The position numbers and the translations under genes are program-made. The notes under the pieces are model-generated. The model did no database searches. It saw nothing but the letters and a program-made list of their open reading frames with translations, and was not told where the DNA came from. DNA of 57,038 bases, counting the filler, from Piptocephalis cylindrospora (lineage: Eukaryota): assembly GCA_003614145.1 (NCBI GenBank). It is 3 parts of 3 records of this genome, joined end to end, with 100 filler letters (N's around TTAATTAATTAA, not from the genome) between each part and the next. Parts side by side here need not be neighbours in the genome. Positions count along the whole stretch, not along the records: positions 19,184 to 38,142 come from KZ987828.1; positions 38,243 to 57,038 come from KZ987829.1; 1 more part is not named here. One strand, written 5' to 3'. Position 1 is the stretch's first letter; each line of letters starts with the position of its first letter. This document shows positions 34,799 to 46,234 of the stretch, piece after piece.

Positions 34799-35824
34799 AT
34801 GACTCTGTCGTCCTCTTCCTTTCCTCCATCTCCACCGCCCATGCCAGCAACACCCTTACCACCATCAGCCTTCCCGGGCTTTGCCTTGCATCACCTTCGG
34901 TACCTCTTGCCCCTTGGAGCCCTCTTCATTACCGCTTTGGCCCAAAAGGTTTACTATCGCTTTACTAGAAAGCGACGACGACCCCTGACCTTGGAGGGTC
35001 CCGGGGGCATTGCTCATGACTGGCACCATGCTCGGGAGATCTCCGATGGGATGGGCCTTCTTCTCGTAGGTCATGCACGGGAATTGGCACGTTTGGCCAA
35101 GGAGAGAGATGACCTACGAGAGCAGTGTGGGGAGCTACAGGGCCAGGTATCACGATTACAGGAGGCTTTGACTGAGAAGGAATCCACTGTGACTTGTCCG
35201 GTATGTGGCCATGATGCGACTCAGTATTCCTCGGAGCTACCAGAGGAGGGTGAGGTGGATGAGAAGGATGAAGAGGGGTTTTGGGGGTGGAGGGAAGGAT
35301 CGTGGGAGGAAGAGGATTCATCTTATCCAGGGATTATTTCTTCAGAGGGCGAAGGGATATTGAACCCTCCAAGCCCTATTGTCCGCTCCTTGTCTGCCGT
35401 CCATCTCTCGGGGAATGTGACATCTCGCTCTGATGCAACCTCCGGGCCCATGAGATCTGAAGCGTCGGCGTCCTTACAAGATCCAGAGGAGAGTGGCTCC
35501 CATCTACTGGATGAACCCGTATCGTCTCAAGAGGAGTCATCCACGCACCATTCTCCCGCTTGGGAGGCATCTCCTCCAAGTCTTCCTCCTCCATTGCTTC
35601 CAAGGAGATCTTCTGCACCAGCTGCCCTGGCCGACCCTGGGTCCACTCATGGCCTTGTCCGGGATCTTCAGCGGATATCTGCTGTGCTGGACACCGCTGA
35701 GGACCAGGTCACTGGAATGACCATGGCCATTCAGCTTCTCCATTCCTCTGCCTCCGCTTCACATCGTGCCCCCTCCCAGTACCGCCATAGTGTCTCCTCT
35801 TTTTCAGACCTGGCCAGGCACTGA
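34799..35824 (+). CDS. Hypothetical protein with an N-terminal TM anchor and coiled coil, intronless
   Basis: 341 aa. Hydrophobic YLLPLGALFITALAQ followed by basic RKRRR, heptad segment LARLAKERDDLREQCGELQGQVSRLQEAL, CPVCGH, a low-complexity middle and a C-terminal helix. Confidence 0.7.
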   Translation: MTLSSSSFPPSPPPMPATPLPPSAFPGFALHHLRYLLPLGALFITALAQKVYYRFTRKRRRPLTLEGPGGIAHDWHHAREISDGMGLLLVGHARELARLAKERDDLREQCGELQGQVSRLQEALTEKESTVTCPVCGHDATQYSSELPEEGEVDEKDEEGFWGWREGSWEEEDSSYPGIISSEGEGILNPPSPIVRSLSAVHLSGNVTSRSDATSGPMRSEASASLQDPEESGSHLLDEPVSSQEESSTHHSPAWEASPPSLPPPLLPRRSSAPAALADPGSTHGLVRDLQRISAVLDTAEDQVTGMTMAIQLLHSSASASHRAPSQYRHSVSSFSDLARH

Positions 35825-36587
35825 GGCCTTGTCGCCATCCCAATTCTTCCTTTCGTGTGTACCTATATTAGCCTCCCTCAAAGGGAACATTCTTCCGCTT
35901 CATTAGCATATCTCCATGACGCCCCATCACGTTTCTTTCTACAAAGGGGACTTTCTTTGGAGCTTCTAGATCAATACCTGCATTTCACCAATAGCATTTA
36001 ATGAGGTCCTGTCAGGGGCTTGTCTAGTTTTCTTTTTTTGTTGCGTCTCTTGAGGGAAGGGCACTCCTGATCTCTGGACTAGAGTCCGAGGGTTAAAGTA
36101 GTTGGTGCAGCCTAGCAGTACTATCTACCAGTATGCTCTACGTATTAATTCTCTCAGGAACAATTATCCCTCCATCTAGAAATCTTCATGAACACTCATT
36201 CTCCCTTTGGAGCCCTTTGTCCAACCCGCTCATAGACATGACGAGAGACATGGTGATCCGGCCAATGGCTCGGCCTCCTCTCTACATCGAGGCAGATGTG
36301 GCGTGCTCCATCCACCTCTCTCCTCCAGTGCTCAATAGAGACTGCGTAAGCCCAGTGGCTCTATAAAGCTGGTCAGCTCCGTGATCAACCCATACCGTCG
36401 TGTCTCATTCCTACAATTTCTCTCCTCGTCCCCCCATCCCCTCCATTCCCATTCTTATCCTCACTTTCTCTCTTCCCTCCTTCCCTCCACGACTTCTCCT
36501 CTTTCTCTTCCCTTGATCATCCACCAGAGTACTCACCCTTCCTTTGATATTTTTTTCTCTCGTCCCATCTCTCCTTTCCGCCTTAAC

Positions 36588-38142
36588 ATGCCGTTCCAGC
36601 CCTCGACCTCCACCGAGGACAATGAGGAGCTACAGGCCAATGAACTAGAGGCCTTGCAAGCTATTTACATGGAGGATTTTCAATGGGTCCGAGCCAAATC
36701 TGCTTGGAATATCGTACGTTCATCCCTTTTCCATTTCAAAGGGCTATCTCATCTCACCTCTCGCTTGTCCCTCCATTTATTTTATACAGTCAAAGAAGCT
36801 CCCAGAATTCACCATTCATCTTCGACCCACTCGATTGGCCTCGGATTCTAAAAATGGCGATGATCCTACCCAGCCTACCCTTTCTCTCTACCTTTGTGTC
36901 AAGTACGTGCTCATGGCACACCCACTCGGGGACCTGTACTTACCTTCCTAACATCCTCTCAACTCCTTAGGCTGTTTAAAAGATACCCTCATGTCCCTCC
37001 GGACTTGGCCATCAAACAAGTGCAAGGTCTTTCCTCGACTGATATTGATGCTTTGGAAAGGAGAATCCGGAATCGGGCTCAGGAGATGGTGGGGGTTGAG
37101 ATGATTTTTGAGGTGGCCACCACCCTGACAGAGGCCCTGGACAACCTGTACGAGAGGATAGGGGCCGAAGCAGAGTTACGACAAAGATCCTTCCATGAAC
37201 AGATGACCCTGAGGCAAAAGGAGCGTCGGAAGGAAGAGGAGGAGAGGGTGAAGAGAGAAGTGAGAGATCGCTATCATGGCTATGGCGAGGAAGAATTTAG
37301 CCAGGAAGGACGAGAGGTCCATGATGATTTACACAAGCTCGATCAACGACCCTTTGGTGGATATCCTGGACTAAGCGAGGTTGATGACGACGATGATGAT
37401 GAGGATGGGCGGGGGGAAAGGGATGAAGGTGGGGAGGGGCAGCTTGCTGAACGGATCCAAGAGGAGTTGGAGAGGATGCAGCAGCGTATACGGGAAGAGA
37501 GACTTCGGAAACATCCTTCATCCACCTTTAATCGGGATATCGACGGTCCCTCCTCCTCGCTGAAAGGCTCTTCCACCGCCCTACAAGGTGGAGTAATCCC
37601 TAGGATCATTAAATCCTCCATCTTGGACCCCGGTCCCCATTCATCCTCCATCTCTTCCGTCTCTCACTCTTCCTCCTCTTCTGGTTCTACATCTGTCCCC
37701 TCCTCCTCCTCCTCCTCATCCTCTGCTTCCTCCGCCTCCTCTATGTCCCCTTATCCAGCTCCCTCCACGCCTCAGGGAAGATGGACTGACATGGTATCTC
37801 GTCAAACCAATCTCTTCTCCTCTTCTTCTTCCACCCCTAGGGCACGAGAAATTGAATTAGGAACTGTTCTGTTTGATCGGGAGGGTCGAACTTTCAAGTC
37901 TGTTCGTGTACCCTTGGGCGATGGGGAATGGGAGATGGATTCCCCTACCCATTTGCCTCCTCCACTCGTTTCCTATCCTGCTGTACCTGTCCACGAGGAT
38001 CATATGACTCCAAGTGTCTCTTCAAAGCCCATACATCCTCCCACTCCAGGTCTCATCTCCACTGTATCCACTATCTCCTCTTCTGCTGCCGCCTCCGCCT
38101 CCACCACTGCCACTACTCCATCATCTCTTCAGAACCCCCCTT
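36588..38142 (+). CDS. GCN2: eIF2-alpha kinase GCN2, N-terminal RWD domain and charged region (truncated by the contig end)
   Basis: EELQANELEALQAIYMEDF..SAWN, YPHVPP, GVEMIFEVA and SFHEQM plus a charged coil. Introns 36714-36789 and 36903-36970. The kinase domain is not in the window. Confidence 0.8.
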
Positions 38143-38242
38143 NNNNNNNNNNNNNNNNNNNNNNNNNNNNNNNNNNNNNNNNNNNNTTAATTAATTAANN
38201 NNNNNNNNNNNNNNNNNNNNNNNNNNNNNNNNNNNNNNNNNN
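38143..38242. other. Artificial contig spacer (N44-TTAATTAATTAA-N44)
   Basis: Same design as the first spacer, with the linker at 38187-38198. Confidence 0.97.
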
Positions 38243-38244
38243 CC

Positions 38245-38553
38245 ATTCGGGATGATTTGAAGGACCATGGGGATCAGGGAGCCCTTCAAGGTGTGGACTG
38301 GCACGTGGAGTTGGTGAGTGCGGCTGTGACAGCCTTGGAGGCCGAGATGTCCCCCGGGGCCATTCACCGTCTGACTGGGATGCTTGGTCGATTACTCCAC
38401 GAGGCTAGCCCAGAGGTCTTGGAGCTGGCCCAGGTCCTTGGGCTTCTCGGTATTCTTGAGGAAAAGGAGGATATCCAAGGGATGGGCCCCTCCGAAAAGA
38501 CCCTTACTAAGGATGTCAAGGCTCTTGTGGGAGAGGCCCCTTCCTCTTCTTGA
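38245..38553 (+). CDS. 3' fragment of a gene; helical-repeat C-terminus resembling a PUL domain
   Basis: Frame is open from the contig edge. WHVELVSAAVTALEAE..IHRLTGMLGRLLHEASPEVLELAQVLG resembles, from memory, the C-termini of fungal PPPDE-PUL proteins. Confidence 0.45.
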   Translation: MRDDLKDHGDQGALQGVDWHVELVSAAVTALEAEMSPGAIHRLTGMLGRLLHEASPEVLELAQVLGLLGILEEKEDIQGMGPSEKTLTKDVKALVGEAPSSS

Positions 38554-39031
38554 CTCGTCTCCCTCAACGGAATATGGACTAACTGTGCTAGGTTGTGCGA
38601 CCTGATACGGAATACTCTTATTCGCCCATAAATCTACTTTTGTCTCTTGCTTTAAACGTGATGCCATCTCCCATGAATCCATGGGGTTAATTAAATGGAT
38701 CAGGCACATACTCGGAATGCTCGAGGCTAAAGTTCAAGGGAAATAACTCAACCAAGACGAAATCTCTGAATTTAGCTTTAAATGGTAAGTAAATGATTTC
38801 CCATGCATTCATCGAGTGAAGAATCACTCAGAATCGAGACCAAGGTTAGAATCACTGGACCAGCGCCAAACAAAGTGATTGGCTCTCTGAATGTGTCAGC
38901 CTCGACTTCATGTGTCATCTCCGCTGCTGTTTTTCAACATCACAAAAAGTTACCCTAGCAGCCCTTTCCCATGCAAGTGACTAGACAAACGCCTTTCACG
39001 TCCCGCCTTGATCATCTCTCCATCGCTTGTC

Positions 39032-41053
39032 ATGACCGTATCCTCGCTAGACGCCGAGTCCCCAATCTCTACATCCAAGCATACTCAAAATACTTCGAAT
39101 TGCCTTGGAGACCACCTGGTCTCCTTTCTCCGATTGACCAGTGAGGAAGGCTCTGTTCCAGCTGCGTTCGCCGATCTTCCCCTCAAGATATGCCATAATA
39201 CTAAGAATCAGGGTGACAAGGATATCCAACTTTGGGGCCACTCGGGTAGGTGGGGGGAGTTGGTCTCCATATCACACCCGATCCATCACCACTAATCTAT
39301 CAATTAACTGGTCACTCCTACCTTTTCCCACGGATGTACCCAGTCCTTGTGGAGCAGGCGAATCCAGGGGTTCGTAAAGATATATCCTCACTGAATGAAC
39401 TTTATCAAGCGTATGCATCCATTAAAACACTGACATCTCTTCAAGGTCGTGACGATACGGCTGATGTGGATTTGGTGATGCCAAAATCATCGAATGATGA
39501 GTCAGATCATGGGGCAACCCCTATTCCCATATCTAAAGGTTTCTTCCCAGCCCATCGGGTAGTCCTGGCCGCGAGGATTCCTTACTTCCGTGCACAACTT
39601 TTTCATGCTAAATCCTTTCAGGCTGGCCCCGAAAGCCTTGTCAATCCCAAGGATGAAGGGCTCATGCGACCCCGACTGGGCTGGCCCCCATCGATCACCA
39701 GAAAGGCAGCTAGCACCATAATCGACTGGGTCTATACAGATATTATGCCTAAGTGCCTAACAGTGCGTGAGACCATTGAAGTATGGAGGGCCGCAGACTA
39801 CTTATTAATTGAGCCCTTGGCCACCCTTCTCTTGACATGGTTAACCGGGTCTGGGGTACATAATTTCCAATGTCATTGCCACCGGTGTATTGAACTTCAC
39901 CTGCCCTCCCTTTTGTCCCTTACCGCATTTCCATCAGCTCCCGCTTTGGATGAGGTACGACGGAAAGTGCAGGGTTGGTTTCAGCTTCGATGGCCATTCC
40001 TTCTGGGAAAAAAGGCCTTTGGCGCTCTCAAACCTCAGGTTCGACGGGTATGGCAGGATTACCTTGTCAATATCTGCTCGGACCCAAAGAACCATGAACC
40101 TATCCTGGCTTGGGTCCTTGGTCAAGGTGCAGTCGAGAGGGACTTGGGAGATAACTCTTTGCGGCCATGGGCAAGGGAAGTACGAACTACCCTGGAGGAG
40201 TGGAGGGATCGGGTACACGCTTCCTTTATCAATGAGCTAGAGCAAATCATGCAAACTTCGCTGTGGAAAGGGGTGTGGGAGGGCACCGAAAAATATCCTG
40301 GGGGAAATGAGGAACTATCCAAGCTTATAAGACAAGCTTGCACCCATGATCGTGTCCTCGATCTATGGTCTACAGTCTCTCAGGCCGTCTATGTCGCTCC
40401 ATATACCCCCGGACCTCTTCCTTCTCCCTCATTACTAGAAGCATCGAAGCACCTTCAAGGAATCATTGTCCATTGGATTCTTGCCAAGGGTGAGGAGCGA
40501 TGGCGTGTTCTTGCTGACCAAGGGTTATTTTCCCGTATGGATCGCCGATTCTTACCATCATTACTAGGAGGTAAATAAGCAATGAGGGAATGATCACTGG
40601 TTATAGTGACCCGTTTTATATAATATTACTTCACCCGCCCTCTCTGCGATTAGCCTTGGGGATAGAGGAAGTAGATGTAATGCCGCCATCGAGCCCCATG
40701 TCCCCTCCTGAGTACCATTCGAGTGAAAAGCCCATTTGTGTGGGTGACCGGGTACGTTGGAAGACTCAAGGCATTCACAAGGAAGGTGCGGTGGCATTTT
40801 TAGGGCCAGTTCATTTTGAGAAAGGGATTTGGATAGGTGTTCGAATGAACGCTCCTGGTAAGATCGGGCGACGGAGCCATATAGCATCGTAGAACAATGT
40901 GTTGGGAATAAGTGATCGATCCTTTTTTTTATTAATTTCTGTACTTTAGGATCAGGAAAGAATGATGGAAGTGTTGACGGAAGAAGGTATTTTGATGCAA
41001 AGGGGCCCAAACAAGGCGTGTTCATCAAGTATCGACTATGTCAACGGATCTAA
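39032..41053 (+). CDS. BTB/POZ (probably tandem) plus C-terminal CAP-Gly domain protein, 4 exons
   Basis: Degenerate BTB (FADLPLKI..LWGHSVLV), clear BTB (ADVDLV..FPAHRVVLAARIPYFRAQL..IIDWVYTD..VWRAADYLLIEPL) and CAP-Gly (VGDRV..GAVAFLGPVHFEKGIWIGVRMNAPGSGKNDGSVDGRRYF..GVFI). Introns 39246-39343, 40571-40653 and 40858-40949. Stop TAA at 41051-41053. Confidence 0.85.
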
Positions 41054-42194
41054 ACTGTAGCAGGCATATATCTTTAGCATGGAGATGATGGTGAGTGCGG
41101 GGCAGAAAGGCAGCTTATGAAGGTTATATATATCAATGGTATACTACCCTTGTAGTGACCTTATTCAGTATTTGATCTATTATCGTACATGGGATAGAAT
41201 AGGGAGGATCATCATCCCTGCAGGGCGCTTGGCCTTCGTACACCGGAAGAATGATATCTTCTGGAGAAGGTATAGGGAGTGTGTAGTGTACGTGGTGTGG
41301 TGTGGGTATGCGTGTTCACAGGGAAGAACCAGATGGTTCAAGTGTGTTAGAGACTTAAAAGACGCGTACGAGTGTAGAACCTGGATCTGAATTGGTCTGA
41401 TCATAGAATACATGCTAGGAAAAATATTACTCTAGAAGCGCGACGACATGAGGCAGGCTTGAGAAAGTATTTAAGGCGATGAGGCAAAGGAAGCGCACTC
41501 ATTTTTAAGCTCGTCCTTACGATTATCTCCTCCTTTTTCGCGTGTTTGGCACTCTCTTGGTTCGCCCCTCTGTTTGATCCTTCATTTACTTGGCTGAACC
41601 TCTAGTTCACCACATCAATGAATTGGAGGAGGGCATGTTTTGAATAATGTGACATGCGATGAGAGCTCTTAACACTTGAAGGACCAGAGCTGGAAGAGGA
41701 ATGGTGAGTGAGAGGATTTATGATGCCAGAGCAGCTGACGTTCTCCAATGTATTGGAAGATCCATCCTAGCAATACAATACTGAAAAGTCTACTACACGA
41801 CCCATCCCCTCTGTTCCTTGTCTCAATTTTTCCTGCAGGCACCGCACCTGTCTCACTCTCAAACATGTGATCTAGCGACTTCTTAGTGGCTAGTGCCCGC
41901 ACCATCCCACGAGGCGATGGGAAGTTCAGTATAAAAAAAAGTTGTACACTCCCCGCTCCGCACACCCTTTATATGCGGCCATATTTTCAAGCCTACTCTC
42001 CCCGCTTCACCAGTTCCTTACACCTTTCTTCCGCACATCCCATCGCCCTTACGCCCAGCAGAATATTCCATTTCCTCCCACTGACGTCTTTCTTGATTTT
42101 GCCGCCCTCTCGCTTATCCTCCCATTCCCTCCGTCGAATATCCCTATTTTCTCCTCCTCCCCCGCTACTCTATATCCCATCAAGATTACCATCC

Positions 42195-44282
42195 ATGCAG
42201 ATTGACTTAACGTATACACTGATGACTATGGGCCTCCTCCTAAGCCTAGGAACTAGTGGCCTAGCCAGCCCCACCAATCCTCGCCGATCTTCATCTTCGG
42301 AACGCCTACAAAGGGCTCACACCTCACCCATTCTCATGGGTGGATCTAATCGTAATGGTCCTCGGTATCGAGAATCTTTGTCCATTCTGAATGAACCAGG
42401 TCATCATTCCTCCAGGCGTCAGAATTCCCTTTCACAAGCAAATGTGCCCGGACCACCCTCATATGATGATCATGTATGGAATACTAATACATATGCTCGT
42501 GAAGAGGCCCTGATCCCATCCTATCGTCGCCATTCATTAGGTTTGGGCTCGGTGGGGGGATCTACAAAGAATCGACATTTCCCTTTTAGTGATTTGAAGG
42601 ACATCATTCACCAGGTTGACCACAAGGAACAAATAACCAGAGCCATGTCCAGATTCATGAATGTCCCCGTGGAACTTGTCAAATCACGATGTGATCATCA
42701 CAAAGAGCATCTCGACCTTCTCAATATCCCGTCCCTAGAAGGGATGGGGGATGAGCTTTTTCGTATGGAGCCCTTCGTCGTTAGAATGTGTGCCTATCAT
42801 GATAACCCCTCCGGCTCCTCAGATGATGATCGACACTACCTTCAAATGGAGGCTCTCAAGGCCTACGCCCTTTCTACCATCACTCATGCTTTCGCTTTCC
42901 CCTCTGGGACGAAGACGTCTGGCGAGGTTGAGGAGGACGGGTTCCCAATAGAGATCCGTGAGATCGCCTTTCGTCTCTCGAACGTCTATCTTCAACTCAA
43001 GTTTCCTCGTCTTTTCCTCGAGCGGCAGCGTCGAACTTGGGGCTTCATTGCTCGTGAAAAATTGAGCAACAATCCTCCTAGTGCCTTAGCCGACAATGAA
43101 ATTTGGAAAGCAAGATTATCAAAGCATTTCGACGTGATGAAATCCCTCGAGATGAAAACGACAAAAATTGAGAAGATAATCACGATAGAGGAAGGTCCTA
43201 GAGATATCTGGAAGATGTACCATGCTTGGAAAGCTGAAATAACCCACCTAAGCCGAATCATATGGGCGGTACAAGCCGGCGCTGATGCTAAAATTTCTGA
43301 GCTTTCGCGTGGTGATATCCACCTTTTCTCCGCCCAAGTCACCAAATCTGGTCACGATTTGCTTCAGAAGCATATTCCAACGATCAACCTTGAGCTAAAC
43401 GATAGAAAAACAGTCTCAGAAAAGTTAAATTACGTCGAAGGTGAGACTAAGAGAATGAGGGAGGTCCTCATTACTCTTTCGGCTTCCATGACCGATGCCC
43501 TGATTCGCGCGCTTGAACGCCTTATTACGAAGATGCAGAAGCCTCCTAGTGGACCAAAGACGCTTATCAAAGCAATTTCCCAGACCTCGGACTTCAAGAA
43601 GCATAGCGGTCATTACACCTCTGCTCTAAAGGTTGCTGCGACTGTTCTATTTGCCCATGACTCCGAGCTAGCGATTCCCGCGCTGTACCCATCAACCTTT
43701 GACATCCGTTCCACTCTCCATAATCGCGAAGCAACGCCTCTTTACCAAGAAATCCTTCAGCGCTTTATTGTTTGGAGGAAACCAGAAGGCATTCCTCGGG
43801 ACGATCGGGACAAATGGTATGAAAACCTTATCGATGCCTTGAAAAGGCTTTATGGAGTAAAGCCCACCCCTCTACTTCCCTTGGCCTCCATAGAGTATGG
43901 GCACTTGATGGGCTTCAAGGCTATCTCCATCAAGATTGCTAAGCACACTCAATCCTCTGATCCCCCCCTTACTGAGGTCCTTTCCCGAACCGATGTTGCT
44001 TGGGTCATTGGTGCGCTAAAGAAGGTGGTAGAGCTTAACTCGCTAAAGATTGAGCTGTCTCACCTCCTCCCTCTTCAACGTGGACAAGTCCTCGATAGTA
44101 GCTCCATCGAAAATATTCAAAATTACCTGAATGAGGGCACTACACGCCTGCTGACAATTGCCAACACGCCTTCTCACCTGGAGAAACTCCGTAGACTCTG
44201 TGTCCATCTCTACGTCATGATGTTTGCTGAGTCGCACCAGGTTATCAGAACTTGGGCCCAAGGCACTATCCAGCAAGCCTAA
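42195..44282 (+). CDS. Large predicted secreted orphan protein (695 aa), intronless
   Basis: ATG at 42195 follows a pyrimidine-rich leader. Signal-peptide-like MQIDLTYTLMTMGLLLSLGTSGLA-SP, then a disordered segment and a long helical body. No family recognised. Confidence 0.75.
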   Translation: MQIDLTYTLMTMGLLLSLGTSGLASPTNPRRSSSSERLQRAHTSPILMGGSNRNGPRYRESLSILNEPGHHSSRRQNSLSQANVPGPPSYDDHVWNTNTYAREEALIPSYRRHSLGLGSVGGSTKNRHFPFSDLKDIIHQVDHKEQITRAMSRFMNVPVELVKSRCDHHKEHLDLLNIPSLEGMGDELFRMEPFVVRMCAYHDNPSGSSDDDRHYLQMEALKAYALSTITHAFAFPSGTKTSGEVEEDGFPIEIREIAFRLSNVYLQLKFPRLFLERQRRTWGFIAREKLSNNPPSALADNEIWKARLSKHFDVMKSLEMKTTKIEKIITIEEGPRDIWKMYHAWKAEITHLSRIIWAVQAGADAKISELSRGDIHLFSAQVTKSGHDLLQKHIPTINLELNDRKTVSEKLNYVEGETKRMREVLITLSASMTDALIRALERLITKMQKPPSGPKTLIKAISQTSDFKKHSGHYTSALKVAATVLFAHDSELAIPALYPSTFDIRSTLHNREATPLYQEILQRFIVWRKPEGIPRDDRDKWYENLIDALKRLYGVKPTPLLPLASIEYGHLMGFKAISIKIAKHTQSSDPPLTEVLSRTDVAWVIGALKKVVELNSLKIELSHLLPLQRGQVLDSSSIENIQNYLNEGTTRLLTIANTPSHLEKLRRLCVHLYVMMFAESHQVIRTWAQGTIQQA

Positions 44283-44984
44283 AGAATTGATTACTCTTTG
44301 GGGCAGTCTCCCTTTCTCTTCCTATATTTTTCTTGGATGAATGAATTTGCAACGAACGTTTCCCTCTTGGACCAACTGTGCGCTCAGTGAACGTTTCTGG
44401 TCTTATCAAGGCTAATGGAGCACCACTCACGGATTTTCCTTGAGGTGGATATACCGAAGGAAAGAGGTAAAGGGGATCTATATTTAAAGGAATGCCCTAG
44501 GTATAACACACGCGTATACAAGTGTACAGAAAGGAGAATGTCTTGAGCCCCTCACCGCCACCTTTTCATGCCCGCATATCGCGCTGTTCGTCGTTGTCAC
44601 ATAAACGCTCAATATATCTTCCAAGACCATTTCCGAGTCCGATCGTCGTGTGCCCTCATTTCCCATTCCGATCTTTGAGTGTTTACCCACGCATTTTGCA
44701 TCTCCGACTCATCCTGAGATCCAAGTACGCCGGAGTATTCATTTTGGTTGAGGAGCATTCTTTTTATTATGGAGTACCCGTACATCAATCATTCTTCCTC
44801 AAGCATTCCTACCTTTCCTCTTCATTTTTCCCCCCCTCCAACTTGTCCACTCGACTGCCTGGCGCGCCACCTAACTATACTCTTGATACACGCCATCCCT
44901 TCTCTTCCCCACCCCCTACTTATCTTCCCTTTAAAGCGCTCACTCTCTAATACCCTACCCCGTCAACCTTCTCGATAGTAGGAC

Positions 44985-45977
44985 ATGGAGATCTCGGAGG
45001 ACACCATGATCCTACCAAGAAGTACGGATACCCGCATCCATCACCTACTCCTCGTCCTTCTCTCCCTCACCCTTATTATCCTTTTTCAGATGTCGGTTCG
45101 TCGATCCATCCGACTCCTCATGGCCAATCCGGTCTTTCTTCATTACCTCCACGTTGTCCACGCCTTGGTGAGCTCCCTGGCCTTGGGGCTCCTTACCCTC
45201 CACCATATGCTCACCGCATCGACAACTCCTTTGGCATGTGCGCCGGTCGCTGCCATCCTTATTACCGCCCTCGGTCTCTCCAGTCTCACCTCATTCCTCG
45301 TCCTTTTCATCAAGGCCCACATCTCCCTTGGGCAGCCGATGTGGATGCTCCGTATCTCGGTCCCATTCATATTGATTATCCTAGTTCTCATGGGCCTGGG
45401 GTATACCTTGCACGATCCTCCTTCCCATATCTCTCCAGAGCATCCCTTGACCATCTGCTCTGTGAACTTCCATCCAGCTTGGGTGGGTGTAAAGGGGGGG
45501 ATAGAAATCATCTCGACTCTTTTCCTTACCTGGGCTTTTCTCTGTGCCTTGGCCCCCTCTGCACCCACCATGTCTATGCTGGACCCTGCACGTCCCTATG
45601 AAACCCGTGTCCGCCCCCCCCTCTTTGCCACGCTCCGCCGTGAGGCTCTGGTGTACGCGCTCCTTTTTTGCCTCCTGACCATTGGGCTTTCCGCAGTTAT
45701 CATAGCACGAGCTCCATCAGCAGCATCCCTCTACTATTACACCCTTCAGTTAGTCCTATCCTCCCTGTTGCTAACCTGGCATTTGGATCAGCCCTCTCTG
45801 GTTTTATCCAAGGCAAGTCTAGTCTCCAAAGCTTCCCACAGGGCATCCAATGCATCCTCAGCCATGTCGACCTGTCGTTCTTCTATAGATACGATGGGAC
45901 GTCCTATTAGCGAGCTGACCCTGTCATCCTCCATGATCTCACCGAAATCGTTCTTTTCCTTTGATCGATCCCTATGA
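44985..45977 (+). CDS. Orphan seven-transmembrane (GPCR-like) protein, intronless
   Basis: Seven hydrophobic segments, Cys at the start of TM3 (LACAP) and in the TM4-TM5 loop (TICSV), and a Ser-rich C-terminal tail. Confidence 0.75.
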   Translation: MEISEDTMILPRSTDTRIHHLLLVLLSLTLIILFQMSVRRSIRLLMANPVFLHYLHVVHALVSSLALGLLTLHHMLTASTTPLACAPVAAILITALGLSSLTSFLVLFIKAHISLGQPMWMLRISVPFILIILVLMGLGYTLHDPPSHISPEHPLTICSVNFHPAWVGVKGGIEIISTLFLTWAFLCALAPSAPTMSMLDPARPYETRVRPPLFATLRREALVYALLFCLLTIGLSAVIIARAPSAASLYYYTLQLVLSSLLLTWHLDQPSLVLSKASLVSKASHRASNASSAMSTCRSSIDTMGRPISELTLSSSMISPKSFFSFDRSL

Positions 45978-46234
45978 TTTATGGGAAATGGAGAGGGAAG
46001 AATGGAATAGGAAGATATAATAAAGGAAAGGGAGAGATGATCAAAAATTTATTCACGTCATGATAAGTGCATGAAAAAAAAGAAAAAGATTGGAAGATTG
46101 GAGTAGTAGAAGGAGCGGGTGAAATGAATAGGAGGGAGTACATTAGACATGTCCCTAAAGGCCAGCTAAAAGTGAGAGAATACGACATGGAAGAAGAGTA
46201 AAGAAAATATGGTTCCTGAAGCGGAACCCATTCC

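Noticed and set aside
41886..42194. 103-aa N-terminal extension of the 798-aa ORF
   Set aside because: It starts at GTG and spans a TATA-like element and pyrimidine-rich leader. The signal peptide begins at the ATG at 42195.
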